Shown here in pieces: positions 13,364 through 26,329 of a stretch of DNA of 64,000 nt (position 1 is its first letter; every line of letters begins with the position of its first letter). The notes below the pieces were generated by a model that saw only the letters and a list, made by a program, of their open reading frames with translations, had not been told where the DNA came from and searched no databases. The position numbers were made by a program, and so were the translations under genes. The stretch is from positions 90,520,001-90,584,000 of the forward strand of contig OZ024741.1 in the NCBI GenBank assembly GCA_964016885.1, read 5' to 3'. Source of the stretch: Eledone cirrhosa (lineage: Eukaryota).

Positions 13364-13445
13364 CCTTCTGACGAGAGTTTTTCTTTGTAACGGATGCCGT
13401 ATGGAGTCCGTTTATTTTTGAGACTCGAAACCGATTCGGTAAAGG
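13364..13445 (+). ncRNA. Type-I hammerhead ribozyme, canonical core, extended stem II
   Basis: cctt-CTGACGA-gagt...(aacgga/tccgtt inner helix)...actc-GAAA-ccg-att-cgg-TA-aagg; lies between (TA)n runs. Confidence 0.85.
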
Positions 13446-13515
13446 TAACTATAGTAAGTAAAGTTAATTTTTTAAAATTTATTTTGAAACTTTTTCTTAT
13501 TTGCTAAACCTTGAT

Positions 13516-13997
<482 letters not shown>

Positions 13998-14300
13998 ATA
14001 CTTTGGGAGGATCATGCTGCCAATAAAAACATACGCGCCTGTTGGTTTTTACTTCAATTTATTATAAATTTACGGTTGGTTGGCTGGTTCAATATCCAGA
14101 TGGTTGTTTATATATTGTCAAAGCTCTTTCTTTACACATTCTGGTACCTCCTGGGCTTTTATTTTGTGTCTCTCCTTTGTTCTGTCCTACACCATCTTAT
14201 TTTAGTGTGTTGTGAACACACAACACATATACATATATACACATATAAATATATGCACACGTATGTGTACATATACTATCACACAAACATCCCTACCCTG

Positions 14301-14350
14301 AGTTTCAGAGGATTTGCTTAGGATGAAAGCAGCAATTATTTGCTTAAACT
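14301..14350 (+). ncRNA. Variant hammerhead ribozyme (CAGAGGA core, CUU site) in a diverged pLTR fragment
   Basis: agttt-CAGAGGA-tttgcttaggat-GAAA-gca...tgc-TT-aaact; stem II is weak. Confidence 0.5.
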
Positions 14351-14559
14351 TTAATCTGTACTAACAATAAATATTTGCTCTACGGGTTTATATATACTTA
14401 TATATATACAATCAATATTGAGCCCTCTTTGGATTTTGCTCTTCCAATCCTGGGAAGGCTTCACAGAAGTAGCTGATAGCTTGATGTTGAATGAAAATAA
14501 AAGTAATATATATATAAACATACACATACCGACCATAATTAAATATGGAATGATACGCG

Positions 14560-14905
14560 ATTCCCCCCCCCCCTCCAGCCCCGGCGGTCAGAATGAAGAA
14601 GGCGTTTCTCCGGAGGACAGCAAGGGAAACGCTCTGGAAAAGCCACTCCAACTCGCGGGGCTCACACCTGCGGCTGGCCATCTTAGCGCCTATGGTGGCG
14701 AGTAGGGAGGTAGCCCTGGGGCCAAGGATACCAGAGGTCTCCACTGCCAGGGGTACAACCGCAAACCTGTCGGAGAGCGACCGGTATTTGAGGAGTTTAT
14801 CTTCCTCAGCCCCACGTGCAGCAGAACCCGGGTTAATCGCAGACTGCACCAGGTTGCGGCTGCAGAAAGTGTCGGTGCAAGTGGCATCCCAGACGAGGGG
14901 GTTTG
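14560..14905 (-). mobile_element. CRE-clade LINE C-terminal restriction-like endonuclease fragment
   Basis: LVWDATCTDTF...AEEDKLLKY...PLAVETSG...LFQSVSLAVLRRNA. Confidence 0.8.
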
Positions 14906-14914
14906 TATTTTGGA

Positions 14915-15125
14915 TTTGCAGTTTCGGTAAAGCGTTGGGCAATATGCTTTACGTCATATAGTTATGGCGCTTTGCGCTCTGAGTTCAAATCCCACCAAGG
15001 TTAGCTTTGCCTTTCATCCTTTCGAGGTCGATAATATAAAGTACCAGTAACGCACTGGGGTCGATTTAATCGACTTTCTCCTCCCCTCAAAATGTTAGCC
15101 TTGTGCCTAAATCAGAAACCATTAT
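14915..15125 (+). mobile_element. tRNA-derived SINE, family A (other copies at ~9495, 11105, 17381, 28735, 46413, 47546, 55958, 62350, 63110)
   Basis: B-box GAGTTCAAATCC followed by the conserved ctttgcctttcatcctttcgaggtcgata...aagtaccagta; recurrent in the window. Confidence 0.8.
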
Positions 15126-15144
15126 TCCAACAGAAGATTATTAA

Positions 15145-15847
15145 ATATAAAGATTTACATATACATAAAGTCAGAGAGATATATGTGGCAACCGGTCACA
15201 ATAATCTCCCGTTGGGTTGAGATGCAATTGGGCGATATTGGGCTGCGCTTTCTAGCAACCAGCCTACTCGACGTAAGCAACTAATCACATTCTTTCTAAC
15301 TTGACCACTGCCACGTCACGATTCTTAGCCATTTTTTGAATCTATTTCTGGCGCGATCGCTTTGGAAAATTAACTGTCCTATTGAGTTTGTCTCCTGATG
15401 AGTTCGTTACTCTAGATTCATCCTTAATAATAGGATATCTCAAAATACGAACGAAACCATGGTAGAGATGTAATTACGGTATGTACACTTTCTTCTAACT
15501 TTAAATTTATACCTAATTGTGTATGGTTGACGGTATATTTGGTCAGTTTCTACATGCTGTTGAAATGTTGGGTAAATACCCTATTGGCGTCAACCGCGAA
15601 GAGGCAGCTTTCGGTTATTTATCAAATATTTCTTCATAGGAGCCTTTATTCTTATAGCGTGGTCTAATTGATTTTTTATATGGTTAATTATGCTAACTGG
15701 GAGAGGAAATGGTATATATTTTATCTAATAATTCTAAGGACATGATTTATGATATATTGCTCTGATTATTTAATTTATTAATTCTTCATTGAGCCACATC
15801 GTGACCGGTTGCCACATATATATCTGTGACTTTATGTATATGTAAAT

Positions 15848-15855
<8 letters not shown>
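15145..15855 (+). mobile_element. Non-autonomous PLE-like unit with one hammerhead and a ~57-bp inverted copy of its own 3' end
   Basis: 15145-15202 is the reverse complement of 15798-15855; the body is homologous to 33280-33945; ends in (TA)n. Confidence 0.75.
15391..15468 (+). ncRNA. Type-I hammerhead ribozyme, canonical core, palindromic minimal stem III
   Basis: tctc-CTGATGA-gttcgt...acgaac-GAAA-ccatgg-TA-gaga; predicted cut after 15464. Confidence 0.88.
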
Positions 15856-15926
<71 letters not shown>

Positions 15927-15929
15927 AGA

Positions 15930-16225
15930 TCCCCTTCTGGCACGAAGGACCATGTGATTTGTACCTAGAAATTTTCCCTTCGAGGCACAGTAGTCACCCA
16001 CGCATACCAGCCTCCCCTCTCCTCGCCACCGATGATGACCAAGGGAAAGGCTATGGCCGATACAGCTTGGAACCAGTGATGTCACAACTCATTTCTACAG
16101 CTGAGTAAACTGGAACAACGTGAAATAAAGTGTCTTGCTCAAGGACACAACGCATCACCCAGTCCGAGGATCGAACTCACAACCTTTTAATTGCAATACC
16201 CAATGCTCTAACCAGGGGGACTCGA
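15930..16225 (-). mobile_element. tRNA/CORE-type SINE, family B (other copies at ~55080-55330, 56515-56770, 57045-57360)
   Basis: Reverse complement has a B-box (gagttcgatcc) then gtgtccttgagcaagacactttatttcacg...actcagctg, a CORE-like motif. Confidence 0.75.
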
Positions 16226-17380
16226 TATGTGTTGCATATATATATATATATAAGTATGTATAAACAGATAGATCAAATATTGATCACTAGCAGTGGTACC
16301 CGGCGTTGCACGAGATAAGGTATTTTGGAACGCGGGCCGCCAACAGACCTAATCGTGGAAAAACTGCATGCCTAGACAATATGTAAAGAAAATAAACCGA
16401 ATACTCTGATGGCTGGATAACCTTTAAGATTTTCCTCTATGAAGCAGGAAAAGTGCAGGTTTTCACATAATGCGGGCCCTAGGGCAGTGGTCGCCAACAT
16501 GGGTTCCGCGGAACCTTGGGGTTCCGTAAAACAAACTCCCGGTTCCTTAAAAAAATAAATATTTACATTACCATTAATATTTTGGGTTTTCTGAAAAAGG
16601 TGCAAAGAAAATGCCAAAGGTGCAATGTATAAATGAACAAGTACTATTGTAGTGTACACAGGTTCTCCACTCCAATTCGTGGAAAACACTACTTTCAGTT
16701 TCTCACTTGAATTAGCAGAAAAACACTGTTCTGAGATTCGTGAAAATTGAATACTTTCAATTTCACATCTATTCTTGGAAAGACAAAGTTTTCTGAATTC
16801 CGAGAATTTGACTACTACTGATAATACACTAATTGAACTTAGAAATTGACCAATCACGAACAAGTAAATGTTGGTCGATAACAGCATAACTTTAAACTGA
16901 AAACTTCAGTTCAGCGAGGTCTTTCAGCCGAGAGACAGGGTCAGTTCGCTGTTCTCACAACGTAAGTTCAGTAGAATGTTTTCAATAGAGAACACGTTTT
17001 AATCTGCTGTCCTCACAAAAGATTTAAAGTCGCCTAAAGTTTCCTCACATAGTGAACTCGCTTACTAGTCGTTTTCAACATGCATCCAGTTCTACAGACA
17101 ATTCTAAATAAGAACACGTTACATTCTGTTGTACTTGCACAGAAAATATAACGCCTTTAAAGTTTCGACTACTAACAAAGGTAATTTTGTATTCCATGCA
17201 TACACTATAAACTTTGCCACACAATTATGTATTCATTTGATGACATCTGCATTCACAATTGAGAAATTACTTTATACAATAAATATATATGTCCACAAAC
17301 ATTTGACTAAACTTTATTTGTTCCAATCTAATATATGTTTAACGCAGCCTAAAGCCTTCTTATATTATATCTAACTTTGA

Positions 17381-17474
17381 AGGTTGACTTTGCCTTTCCT
17401 CCTTACGGGGTCGATAAAATAAAGTACCAGTAATGCACTGGGTAATTGCTGGCCTTGTGCCTAAAGTAGAAACA
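17381..17474 (+). mobile_element. 5'-truncated SINE A inserted in the hAT
   Basis: SINE A 3' half flanked by a 17-bp TSD attatatctaa(c/t)tttga (17364-80, 17475-91). Confidence 0.8.
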
Positions 17475-17942
17475 ATTATATCTAATTTTGAGTCAAAATA
17501 GATAGAAGATATCTGAATTAATTTCCAATACCATCGTCACACCTTCTACACTAGCAGCTGATTTGCATTTTTTGCATCTTTTAGTATGGCGGATATTTAA
17601 ATATATTTACATTACCAATAATATTTAATACGACCCTAAAGTAGTATATGCAGGAAGTGCTGGACTCTGAAAAAGATTTCTTCTAGTTGTTTATAAATTT
17701 GCACCTTTTTCAGTAACCCCTAATATTTTAATATTATTATAAGACTTTAAATAATATGTTTGCTATCCTAAAATGGAGAAATTTCAATTTTTAAAAATTA
17801 AAATTCTTTTTTTACTAGTTAAGTTTTTCCAAATATCTAAAATTAAAGTTAATTTAAGTACTTTTTGTAATAAAATAAACTTAATTTCTCTTGTTTATTA
17901 ATGTCATATTAAAAATATTAACTGTAGATAAATAACCTTGAT

Positions 17943-19826
17943 ATGATGTCTACTGCAAAGAAGCTGAAGTTAGATACCAGCAGTAAAGTTAGACAGTGGT
18001 GTGATGATTATGTTAGATATGGATTTCAAAAAGCTGACACTAAAAAAGATACACCAGATCAGCCCATGTGTTTGCTATGTTCAAAAGTTCTATCAAATCT
18101 TGCAAAACTTAAAAGACACCTTGATACTAATCACACCAATGATAAAAGCAAGTCATTGGAATACTTTACTTCGCTGAAAAATAACATTAAAAAAATCACA
18201 AGCTAATATGCATGACTTGTTTTGTAAAAAGTCAGATAGAAATAAAGCTTTAACAAGAACATCTTTTGAAATTTCCCATTTGATTGGTAAAAACAAGAAA
18301 CCATTTACATTAGGAGAACAGTTAATTCTACCAAGTATAAAAATTGCTACAGAGAATCTTTTTGAAAGTTGCAGTATTAAGGACAAAGAAAAATTAAGCG
18401 AGTTACCATTGTCAGCAAATACTGTAAAAAGAAGGATAATTGATATTTCTTCTGATATAGAAAATCAGATACTAACTGCACTAAAGAAAAGCACATGTTT
18501 TGGTCTGCAAGTGGACGAAACTACGGATATTAATAACAAGGCTCAATTAATTTGCTATGTACGGTTTGTAGACCTTGATAAAAAAGAATTAGTAGAAGAG
18601 TATTTGTTTTGTCTGGTATTAGACATCACAACTAAAGGTCAAGATATATTCAATAAAATTGAAGAGTATTTAAAAAAAATGGTGTATCTTGGAGCAAGTT
18701 GACTTCAATAACAACAGATGGAGCAGCTGCAATGACTGGTAAAAATTCTGGTTTGATTGCAAAAATTAAAGAACAGACCCCAAATTGTATTTCAAATCAT
18801 TGTATGATTCATTGAGAGGTTTTGTGTTCAAAAAAATTCAAAGACAGAGATGCTCAAATATTAAATGACCAGCTGAAAGACATTGTCAACATTATCAATT
18901 TGATCCATGCAAGAGCAAAACATTCTAGAATGTTTGAATCTATTTGTGAATCTTCTGGAAGTAATTATAATAGATTGTTATTGAACAATGATGTGCGTTG
19001 GCTGTCTTTTGGGGATGCTTTGAAGAGAGTTTTTGAACTGAGAGAAGAAATAATAGTTTTTCTAAAAAAACAGAATGATGAAAGAGCAAGTGTATTAGAA
19101 ACCAATGAATGGAATGTGCAACTCGCTTATTTAGTAGACATTTTTGGTGAACTGAACAAACTAAATAAGTGTCTTCAGGGTAACAATGCAGATATTTTTA
19201 CTTCAATCAATTTTATTACATATTTTCAATCAAAATTAAACATCTTTATGAAAAGAATTGAATCGGACAAGTACTCATTACTTTCAAACCTTGAAATAGA
19301 GCTTAAAAAGAGAGAAGATTTTGACTCCAGCAATCTAAAGAAGATTATTCTTTCTCATTTAAATGTGCTTTCCACAAGTTTTTCAGATTATTTTGACTTG
19401 ATGGAAAAAGATATTGTTAGCGGAAATTTATGGATAAAAAACCCGTTTACTGAGATCGAGCAGTTAGTGTCAGAAAATGACGCTGGAAATTGTAAAAATT
19501 TAGTACCTGCACAATGCTTACATCAGTTGATGGATTTGAATTCAAACGAAGACCTAAAAGTGATATTTGAAAGCAGAAAGAAAGAACTATGGATCGACTT
19601 ATTCTTGATTGGGTAGTTTAATGAAATCAGTCAACTTGCATTGAAATATTTGACTTTATTCCCATCTAGCTACTTGTGCGAAGGGTTTTCGCAGTTGGTA
19701 GAAATCTGCACAAAGAAGATGAATAAACTATCAGCAATTGACGAGTGTATGAGACTGGCATTAACTAGTGTTGAACCTCGATTTTCTAAACTCACTGATG
19801 AGGCGCAGCAGCAGAAAAGCCACTAG
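17943..19826 (+). pseudogene. hAT transposase (ZBED5/SCAND3-like), with frameshifts and stop codons
   Basis: BED finger CLLC...LKRHLDTNH, FGLQVDETTD, TTDGAAAMTG, CMIH, VRWLS, FPSSYLCE-GFS; split across ORFs starting 17943, 18208, 18822 and 19641. Confidence 0.92.
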
Positions 19827-21090
19827 TTAATTGTGTTCGATTACATACACACGCATGAAACACTAAAATAAATAAATACATTATTATTTTTTTTGAAAAG
19901 TTTTGTATTGTATAGGTTCCGTGAAGAATTCAAAATATTTAGAGGGTTCCTCGGTTTTAGAAAGGTTGGCGACCACTGCCCTAGGGGATCAAGAAAATGA
20001 ATTTTTTTTTATGTGCATAATATGCCTTAAAATTTCGGGAAAATCGGTTCATAAAAGTCCTAAAAAGCTGAAAAAAGGAAGTTTTTCATCTAATGCGGGC
20101 CCTAGGCTCTAAAAAAGATGGATTTTCTTTGCTCACGGTATGAAGAGACTGACTAATACATAGTTACAATTTCAAGGAAATCAGTCTGACGTAACGCCTC
20201 AAAAACCCCCTAAAAACCTGGAAAAAAAGCAGATTTTCACCTAATGCACCTAGGGCATCAAAAAGTTGAATTTCTTTATGTGCATAACACTCGCTGAAAC
20301 ATAAGGTATACACATGTAAAATTTGAAAAATGTCGGTTGAGTACTTCGCGAGTTTTAGGGATTCAAACTCACACACACACACACACACATCCACAAACAC
20401 ACAGACATCCTCAGGGAAGTGACGTAATGCAGACAGTCAGACATACAGACAGATATTAAAAGGGTGCGACGTTATATGTATGTATCTATCTAAAAAGAGA
20501 AAGACTAAGAATTATAGAGAGAGATCGCTAAATCGCCTAATGCGGTCTCTAGGGCATTGAAAATTTGAAATTGTTTTTGCTCAGAACACTCCCTGAAACA
20601 TAAGTGTAAAGTTTGAAAACAGTCGGTTGGGTGCTTCTCGAGTTTTAGGGATTCAAACTCACACACACACACACAGATAGACATCCTCAGTTTTATAGAT
20701 TAGTACAGATTAAAAGTTTAAGCAAGGAATTTCTGCTTTCATACATGCATATATACATACACACATATAACTCAAAAGATACACCTCCACACATACAATA
20801 ACATCCATACCTACACACACATGCATGCAGACATGCATACATATCTACCTAGTTGATGTTGTGTAAATTCCAATGAGAGAGTCTTGTATCTATGTTAGAA
20901 ACCGGTTCTCTCTCTATTGGTAAACATTTGTGAAATTATAAAACCAGAAGTACACACACACACACACACACACGCACACACACACGCACACACATGCACA
21001 CGGACGCACACACACATGTTTTGAGTACCTTAATTACTGTGGTTACCCCCGATTGAACCCGGGATAAACATATATATATCGGACCACAGA

Positions 21091-21151
21091 GGTCCGACGA
21101 GCTGATCAGTAGTGAAACCTTGAGCCGGTCAGTAGCGAAACGCGCGTCACC
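21091..21151 (+). ncRNA. Type-I hammerhead ribozyme with U4C core
   Basis: ggt-CCGACGA-gct...agc-GAAA-cgcgcg-TC-acc; palindromic stem III. Confidence 0.7.
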
Positions 21152-21599
21152 AACCAATAAACGTAATAAAGGAGTAACCATTCGTCCTTGTATTATTATA
21201 CTACACTCTGACATATATATACTCTGATATATAACTGGCAACCCCGCCAAGCTTTCTTAGTGAGGAGGGTGATTTTCGACACCCTGTGGAATGGAAAACA
21301 AAACCATTCAAAGGGCGGAAGAAGTCAAGATAGTCAACGGCGATCCAATAATGTATGTACATATATATATATGCTTTTATACAATGCTTATATATTTTAT
21401 TTATAAGAACGTTTTAATCAATTTCATTTTTAACTTTTTTAACTTCTTAACATTTTCTTTTTAATTTATAAAATTCTTAACTTTTTTTTGAGGGTAATGG
21501 AATGAGAGAACTATAGCCTTCATTAAGACTCTATATACAGTGTAATGTCTTCAGTTAATTTATCCGACTGTTTTATTCTTGAGAATAACATACACACCC

Positions 21600-23020
21600 A
21601 ACATACACACATCCATCAGAGCCATAAGGAAGCTGTCTTCTTGGGCTACTATCCTAAAGTTAAAAGCAAAGAAGGACTCTATTTTCACTGATAAAATAGA
21701 ATATCACAGGGGTATATTTCAAGGAGACAGTCTATCTGTGATACTATTTATCCTGTCATTAAACCCCTTGTCCTTTCTACTCAAGAAATGCGAAGGATAC
21801 ATCATTGGCTCACAGGAGGACAGAAATACGAACTTAACCCATAATTTCTTTGTGGATGATCTGAAACTCTATGTCAAGAACATAGATGAGATGAAGAAAA
21901 ATCTTAACCTCGTTACAACATTCTCAAAGGATATAGGAATGGAATTTGATCAAGATAAATGTTCATATATGACTGTAAAGCGGGGGAAAACAACAACCCA
22001 ATCTAGCAACATTGTCATCAATGGCCTAACTGTTTCACCGATATCTGATGAGGACTGCTACAGGTACTTGGGGATAGATGAGAACATATCCTATAATGGT
22101 ATCTGAAATAAGGAACGCGTAACCGGGGAATACTACACTCGATTAAGAAAGATATGGTCATCGGAACTCTCTGCGCACAATAAAACAGTGGCTCACAATG
22201 TGTTTGTTGTGCCTGTCCTAACACTAACGTTTGGAATACTCAATTGGACTATAGACGAAATCCAAGCAATTGATGTTAGGACTTGAAAAATACTAAACAA
22301 CACCAGAAACTTCCATATCAACAGTGATATAGACCGCCTCTACTTGAAACGTAAGCAGGGAGGCAGAGGGCAAACACCAGTCCAGACAGCATTTGAATGT
22401 CGCATCATATCCCTCCGACAACATTTATGAACTTCGAAACATAGGAGCCCGTCTATCGAGCAATTCTATCTGCATGAGACAGATAAGATCATGAGAATTG
22501 GGAAGGAACTCCTTGAAAGAAATTCCCTGCGTGATAATGAAAACTCACACCCAGGTTGCCCAGCAGTACCGCAGTGGATCCATGGATGAAAAACTGCATG
22601 CTTATCAGCCAAAAATTATGCATGGATATGTTGGCAGGAAGCTCCAGAGTGAGAGTAATATAGATAAACAAAGTAGTCTATCTTGGACCAACAACCGCTA
22701 TATTGGCTCCCACTTTGAAGGATACACTTTTGCAAGAACAGGAAATCAACACGAAATACCCGATTCACAAAAGAGATAGGGATGCAGGCAAAACATATAG
22801 ATGTTACAACAAGTTCAGACTCTGCAGAATTAACACCGAAGATGTCACCCATGTCATAAGCAGCTGTCCAAAGATGTAATCGCGGTACTATCTACCTATG
22901 AGGCATGATGTAGTGGCCAAAATACTATACAATGCAATCCGTAGAAAAGATAGCCCCGATAATAAACACATTAAAAGCTACAGCAATGTGGAAGACATAC
23001 ACATACATAATATGAAAGAG
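21600..23020 (+). pseudogene. R4/Dong-clade LINE fragment (RT to CCHC)
   Basis: RGIFQGDSLSVILF...THNFFVDDLKLY...YRYLGI; later HVISSCP...RHDVVAK. Confidence 0.85.
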
Positions 23021-23130
23021 TGTTCGTTCAGGTAATATTTTTATGCGTGATTAATATATATATATATATATAAAGTATTTCCGAAGAAAAAATAAAGGAA
23101 AAAAGAGTGTTCTATGTATAAAACAGAGCT

Positions 23131-23298
23131 ATTTAATTAGAAAGTAAAGAACACAATATATAACTACTCCATTACTAAAGTTTTAGGACCCTAGACAGTA
23201 TTAACATACGTCTCGTTCGTATATTAATATTGTCTAGGGTCCTGAAACCTTTCGTAATGGAGTAGTTCTATATTGTGTTGTTCACTTTCTAATTAAAT
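23131..23298. repeat. ~80-bp imperfect inverted repeat (hairpin, 7-nt loop)
   Basis: 23131-23210 pairs with 23218-23298. Confidence 0.85.
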
Positions 23299-23342
23299 GA
23301 ATATATATATGAGAAAAACCACAGACCCTCCATCTCAACTCA

Positions 23343-23380
23343 CCTTTTGAAAAGCAGAAGAACTGCGAAACCGGTAAAGG
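23343..23380 (+). ncRNA. Minimal 38-nt type-I hammerhead ribozyme with U3:A8 core
   Basis: cctt-TTGAAAA-gcag-aagaa-ctgc-GAAA-ccgg-TA-aagg. Confidence 0.8.
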
Positions 23381-23520
23381 AACCAAATACCAAATAAATA
23401 TATCTATATTTTTTATAAAAATAAGACTCCAGTTGTATTTTCGATTTCATCTCTTTTTCTTTATACTTTCACTCGTGTAGGACACCTCGGTTATTTTTCA
23501 ATTTGTAAAAAAACCCTCAC

Positions 23521-23600
<80 letters not shown>

Positions 23601-24931
23601 GTGTGTCTGTGTCTGTGTGTGTGCGTATGTGTGTGTGTGTGCATGTGTATGTGTGCGTCTGTGTGTCTGTCCGTGCGTACATGTATATATTAATTTCTAT
23701 ATGTACACACATAACTATGTTTGAGTATATTGAAGTAGAATACAATATCTTCTTGTTGTTATGGCACTAAAGTTTGACTGTTACCATATTTGTCGTTTAA
23801 TTCAGAATAGAATCGGGAAATTTGAAACAAGAATTCCAATAATTGGTTTTATGTTTCTAGTAAATATCTGTCCTGAAAATAGAGCTGACAAAACGATTTA
23901 GGCTATTGGAACAAAAGGAAACGTGATATGTTGCTAAGAACAATCATCAAATGGCATTGTGGACTTTTATTTCACCCAAGGCAATATTTCACGCGAAGAT
24001 ACGTTTCTTCAAAGTGATATCAAGCAACAAGAGCTTTCTTATAAGAATTGGTTTCTTCTATAATAATCAGCTAATTTCTAATAATTATTTACAATGTCAT
24101 CATTAACGTTATAAGGAAAGACGCAAACTAACACGAATTGAATCCTTGACATGGTTTGCAGGGAGATTGATATGAGATGGCGGTAGATTGCAGAATCATC
24201 ATATTGTAGGTATTTAGTTAGAGCACTTGCTTCTAACTTCGATATCGACTTTGCTTTTCACTCGGGGTGGGTGAAATAAAATACTGGTTGAGTCAATTTA
24301 TTCCATTAAAACACACCTCATGTCTTTCATCCTTTCGAAGTGGATGAAAAACGTACCAGTTCAATACTGGGATCGATTATATCTCTATATCTCTTTCTCA
24401 TTTCCTCTTTATCTCTCTCTCCCTCTCCTCTGGAAGAAATCAACTGTGCTCACTCCTGGATAGAGATTAGGCTCGCCAGGTTAAACGAATTCCCAATGTG
24501 TTATTACAACGCCCTTACGACTCCAGGAGTTACGGGCCCATACATACGTATAATATAATGAAATAGACGCTCATTGAAATAATAAGAGTAGACAGGAAAA
24601 CAAAAAAATTAAGGATTGCATTTAAAATATATCACACAAAATCCGACAAGGACTTTAGTCCTACTAAGAAGGTAATAGATTGTTTAAAATATTTAGTTAG
24701 AAGGCTGGGGGAACAGCAGTGTTCATGGCCCTCTTCAGAATTCTCCAAATAAACTATTATATACACATATACATGTATACATATATACACATGTCTGCTA
24801 GTGTTGAAACACTAACAGATACAGGGTCTCGATGTCTTATGCTAGAGTAGGCTTTGAAACATTAGGTAGCATGCAACTGTGTAGAGAAATTAGTTATAAT
24901 AATATACTTTAGCTCTGTACTTAACATAGAG

Positions 24932-24934
<3 letters not shown>

Positions 24935-24962
<28 letters not shown>

Positions 24963-25610
24963 CTTCTTCTTCTTCTTCTTCTTCGCCCACAAATTCCTGA
25001 GTCCGTCGTGGGGGAAGAGTCCTCAAACACTCCTGCTGGTTGGTTTTGCTCGTAAAATATGCCCATCGATTCGTTTCTGAGACATTATAACCACATGCCC
25101 ATAAAATCGGAGTTATGATCTCTCAATTCGAAGATGTAGCGCCTCTATTGGAGCGACGTACATGGTATAAGGGGAATCAAGAGCAGAGATCAATAATTTT
25201 ATTTTTAATTGTCTCTTCGATTCTGTGCTGGATGTTCGTATTAAGAGAGGGGCTGAGCTTTCAACTGATCACCATCTAGTTATCTGCTCCTTGAGACTAC
25301 CTAAAGCCAAAGAAACCCATAAAACTGGCTGGTCCAACTCGACCTACAGGATAAAGTGGGAAAAATTGATGCATAACGAAATCAGACCAAGTATGCAAAT
25401 ATTATTACATTCAAATTCAGAGAACTACCTGCAAACTGAGAGCGTTGAAACGGAGTTGCAATTGTTCAGCTCGGCAGTTTTAGCTTCATCTATTAAATTT
25501 CTGCGGGCCAAAGAACCTTCGTGTGACACAGGATGGTAGGAGGATCCCTTGGTGCAATGAAGAGGTCAAAGATGCCACCCCAGCAAAAAAGGAGGCCTAC
25601 AAAACTCTAA
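24935..25610. mobile_element. RTE LINE with inversion: (CTT)n tail and 3' end on minus (24935-25160), endonuclease end on plus (25210-25600)
   Basis: Homologous to 61320-61620; VLDVRIKRGAELSTDHHLV motif. Confidence 0.65.
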
Positions 25611-26329
25611 AAATGTTCTACTAATCAACAGCCTTGGACTGATATTTTATTTAATGACTACCAAAAGATGATGTCAAAGTTTACATTGGCTAGATAAGAA
25701 CTCTCAGAGCACTGAGACCAGAACAAATTTTGCAAGGTATTTTTATGTTATACCGACTTTGCCAAGCAAGCAATTTTAAAGATTATTGCTTTATGCGTTG
25801 ACTTTCAAGCTTTTGGGAAGGAAGGAAGGAAGAAGGGAAACATAAAAGAGTGGAGAAGTGAGAAGGAGAGAGGAGAGAGAAAGAGAGAGTGAGAAAGAGA
25901 AAGAAAGGAAGAAAGGGAGAGAGAGAATAACAGAAAAAGTAATCGAGACCTTCACCATTATACAAATTTCATTTTGCAGGATGTGAAGTTTGAATAACTT
26001 CAAAAGTCCGGTCACGTGCGGAAATCAAATGAAATTCTAGTAGACAGACGTCGGGAGATATGTCTTGGCAGATTATGAGACTAGGCGACACGTGATGACT
26101 AAAGCTAAGTTTTGCGTGGCGACCACTGTTGTTTAAATCAACATAATCTGGACAGCCTACAGTCACGTTAACACAGCTAAATTTCTAAGATTAAATTTCG
26201 GTAAATTTTCATTCATTACAGAAAAGAAAATATTCTAAACACCAAGGCTATGTTTAAGTAACTGAGATGCAAATCTAATTAAAAACCATGAAAACAAAAA
26301 CAACAACAATAAACAACAACAACAATAAA

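Larger units (their letters stand above)
16485..19978 (+). mobile_element. Full-length hAT (Buster/Charlie) DNA transposon, decayed
   Basis: 14-bp TIRs CAGTGGTCGCCAAC / GTTGGCGACCACTG; 8-bp TSD CCCTAGGG at 16477-84 and 19979-86 with central TA. Confidence 0.95.
16287..20699 (-). mobile_element. Non-autonomous Helitron interrupted by a hAT transposon
   Basis: Minus strand starts A|TCTATAAAACTG at 20699 and ends with a GC hairpin plus CTAG|T at 16287. Subrepeats taatgcgggccctagg occur on both sides of the hAT. Internal duplication 20240-20413 / 20535-20690. Confidence 0.7.
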
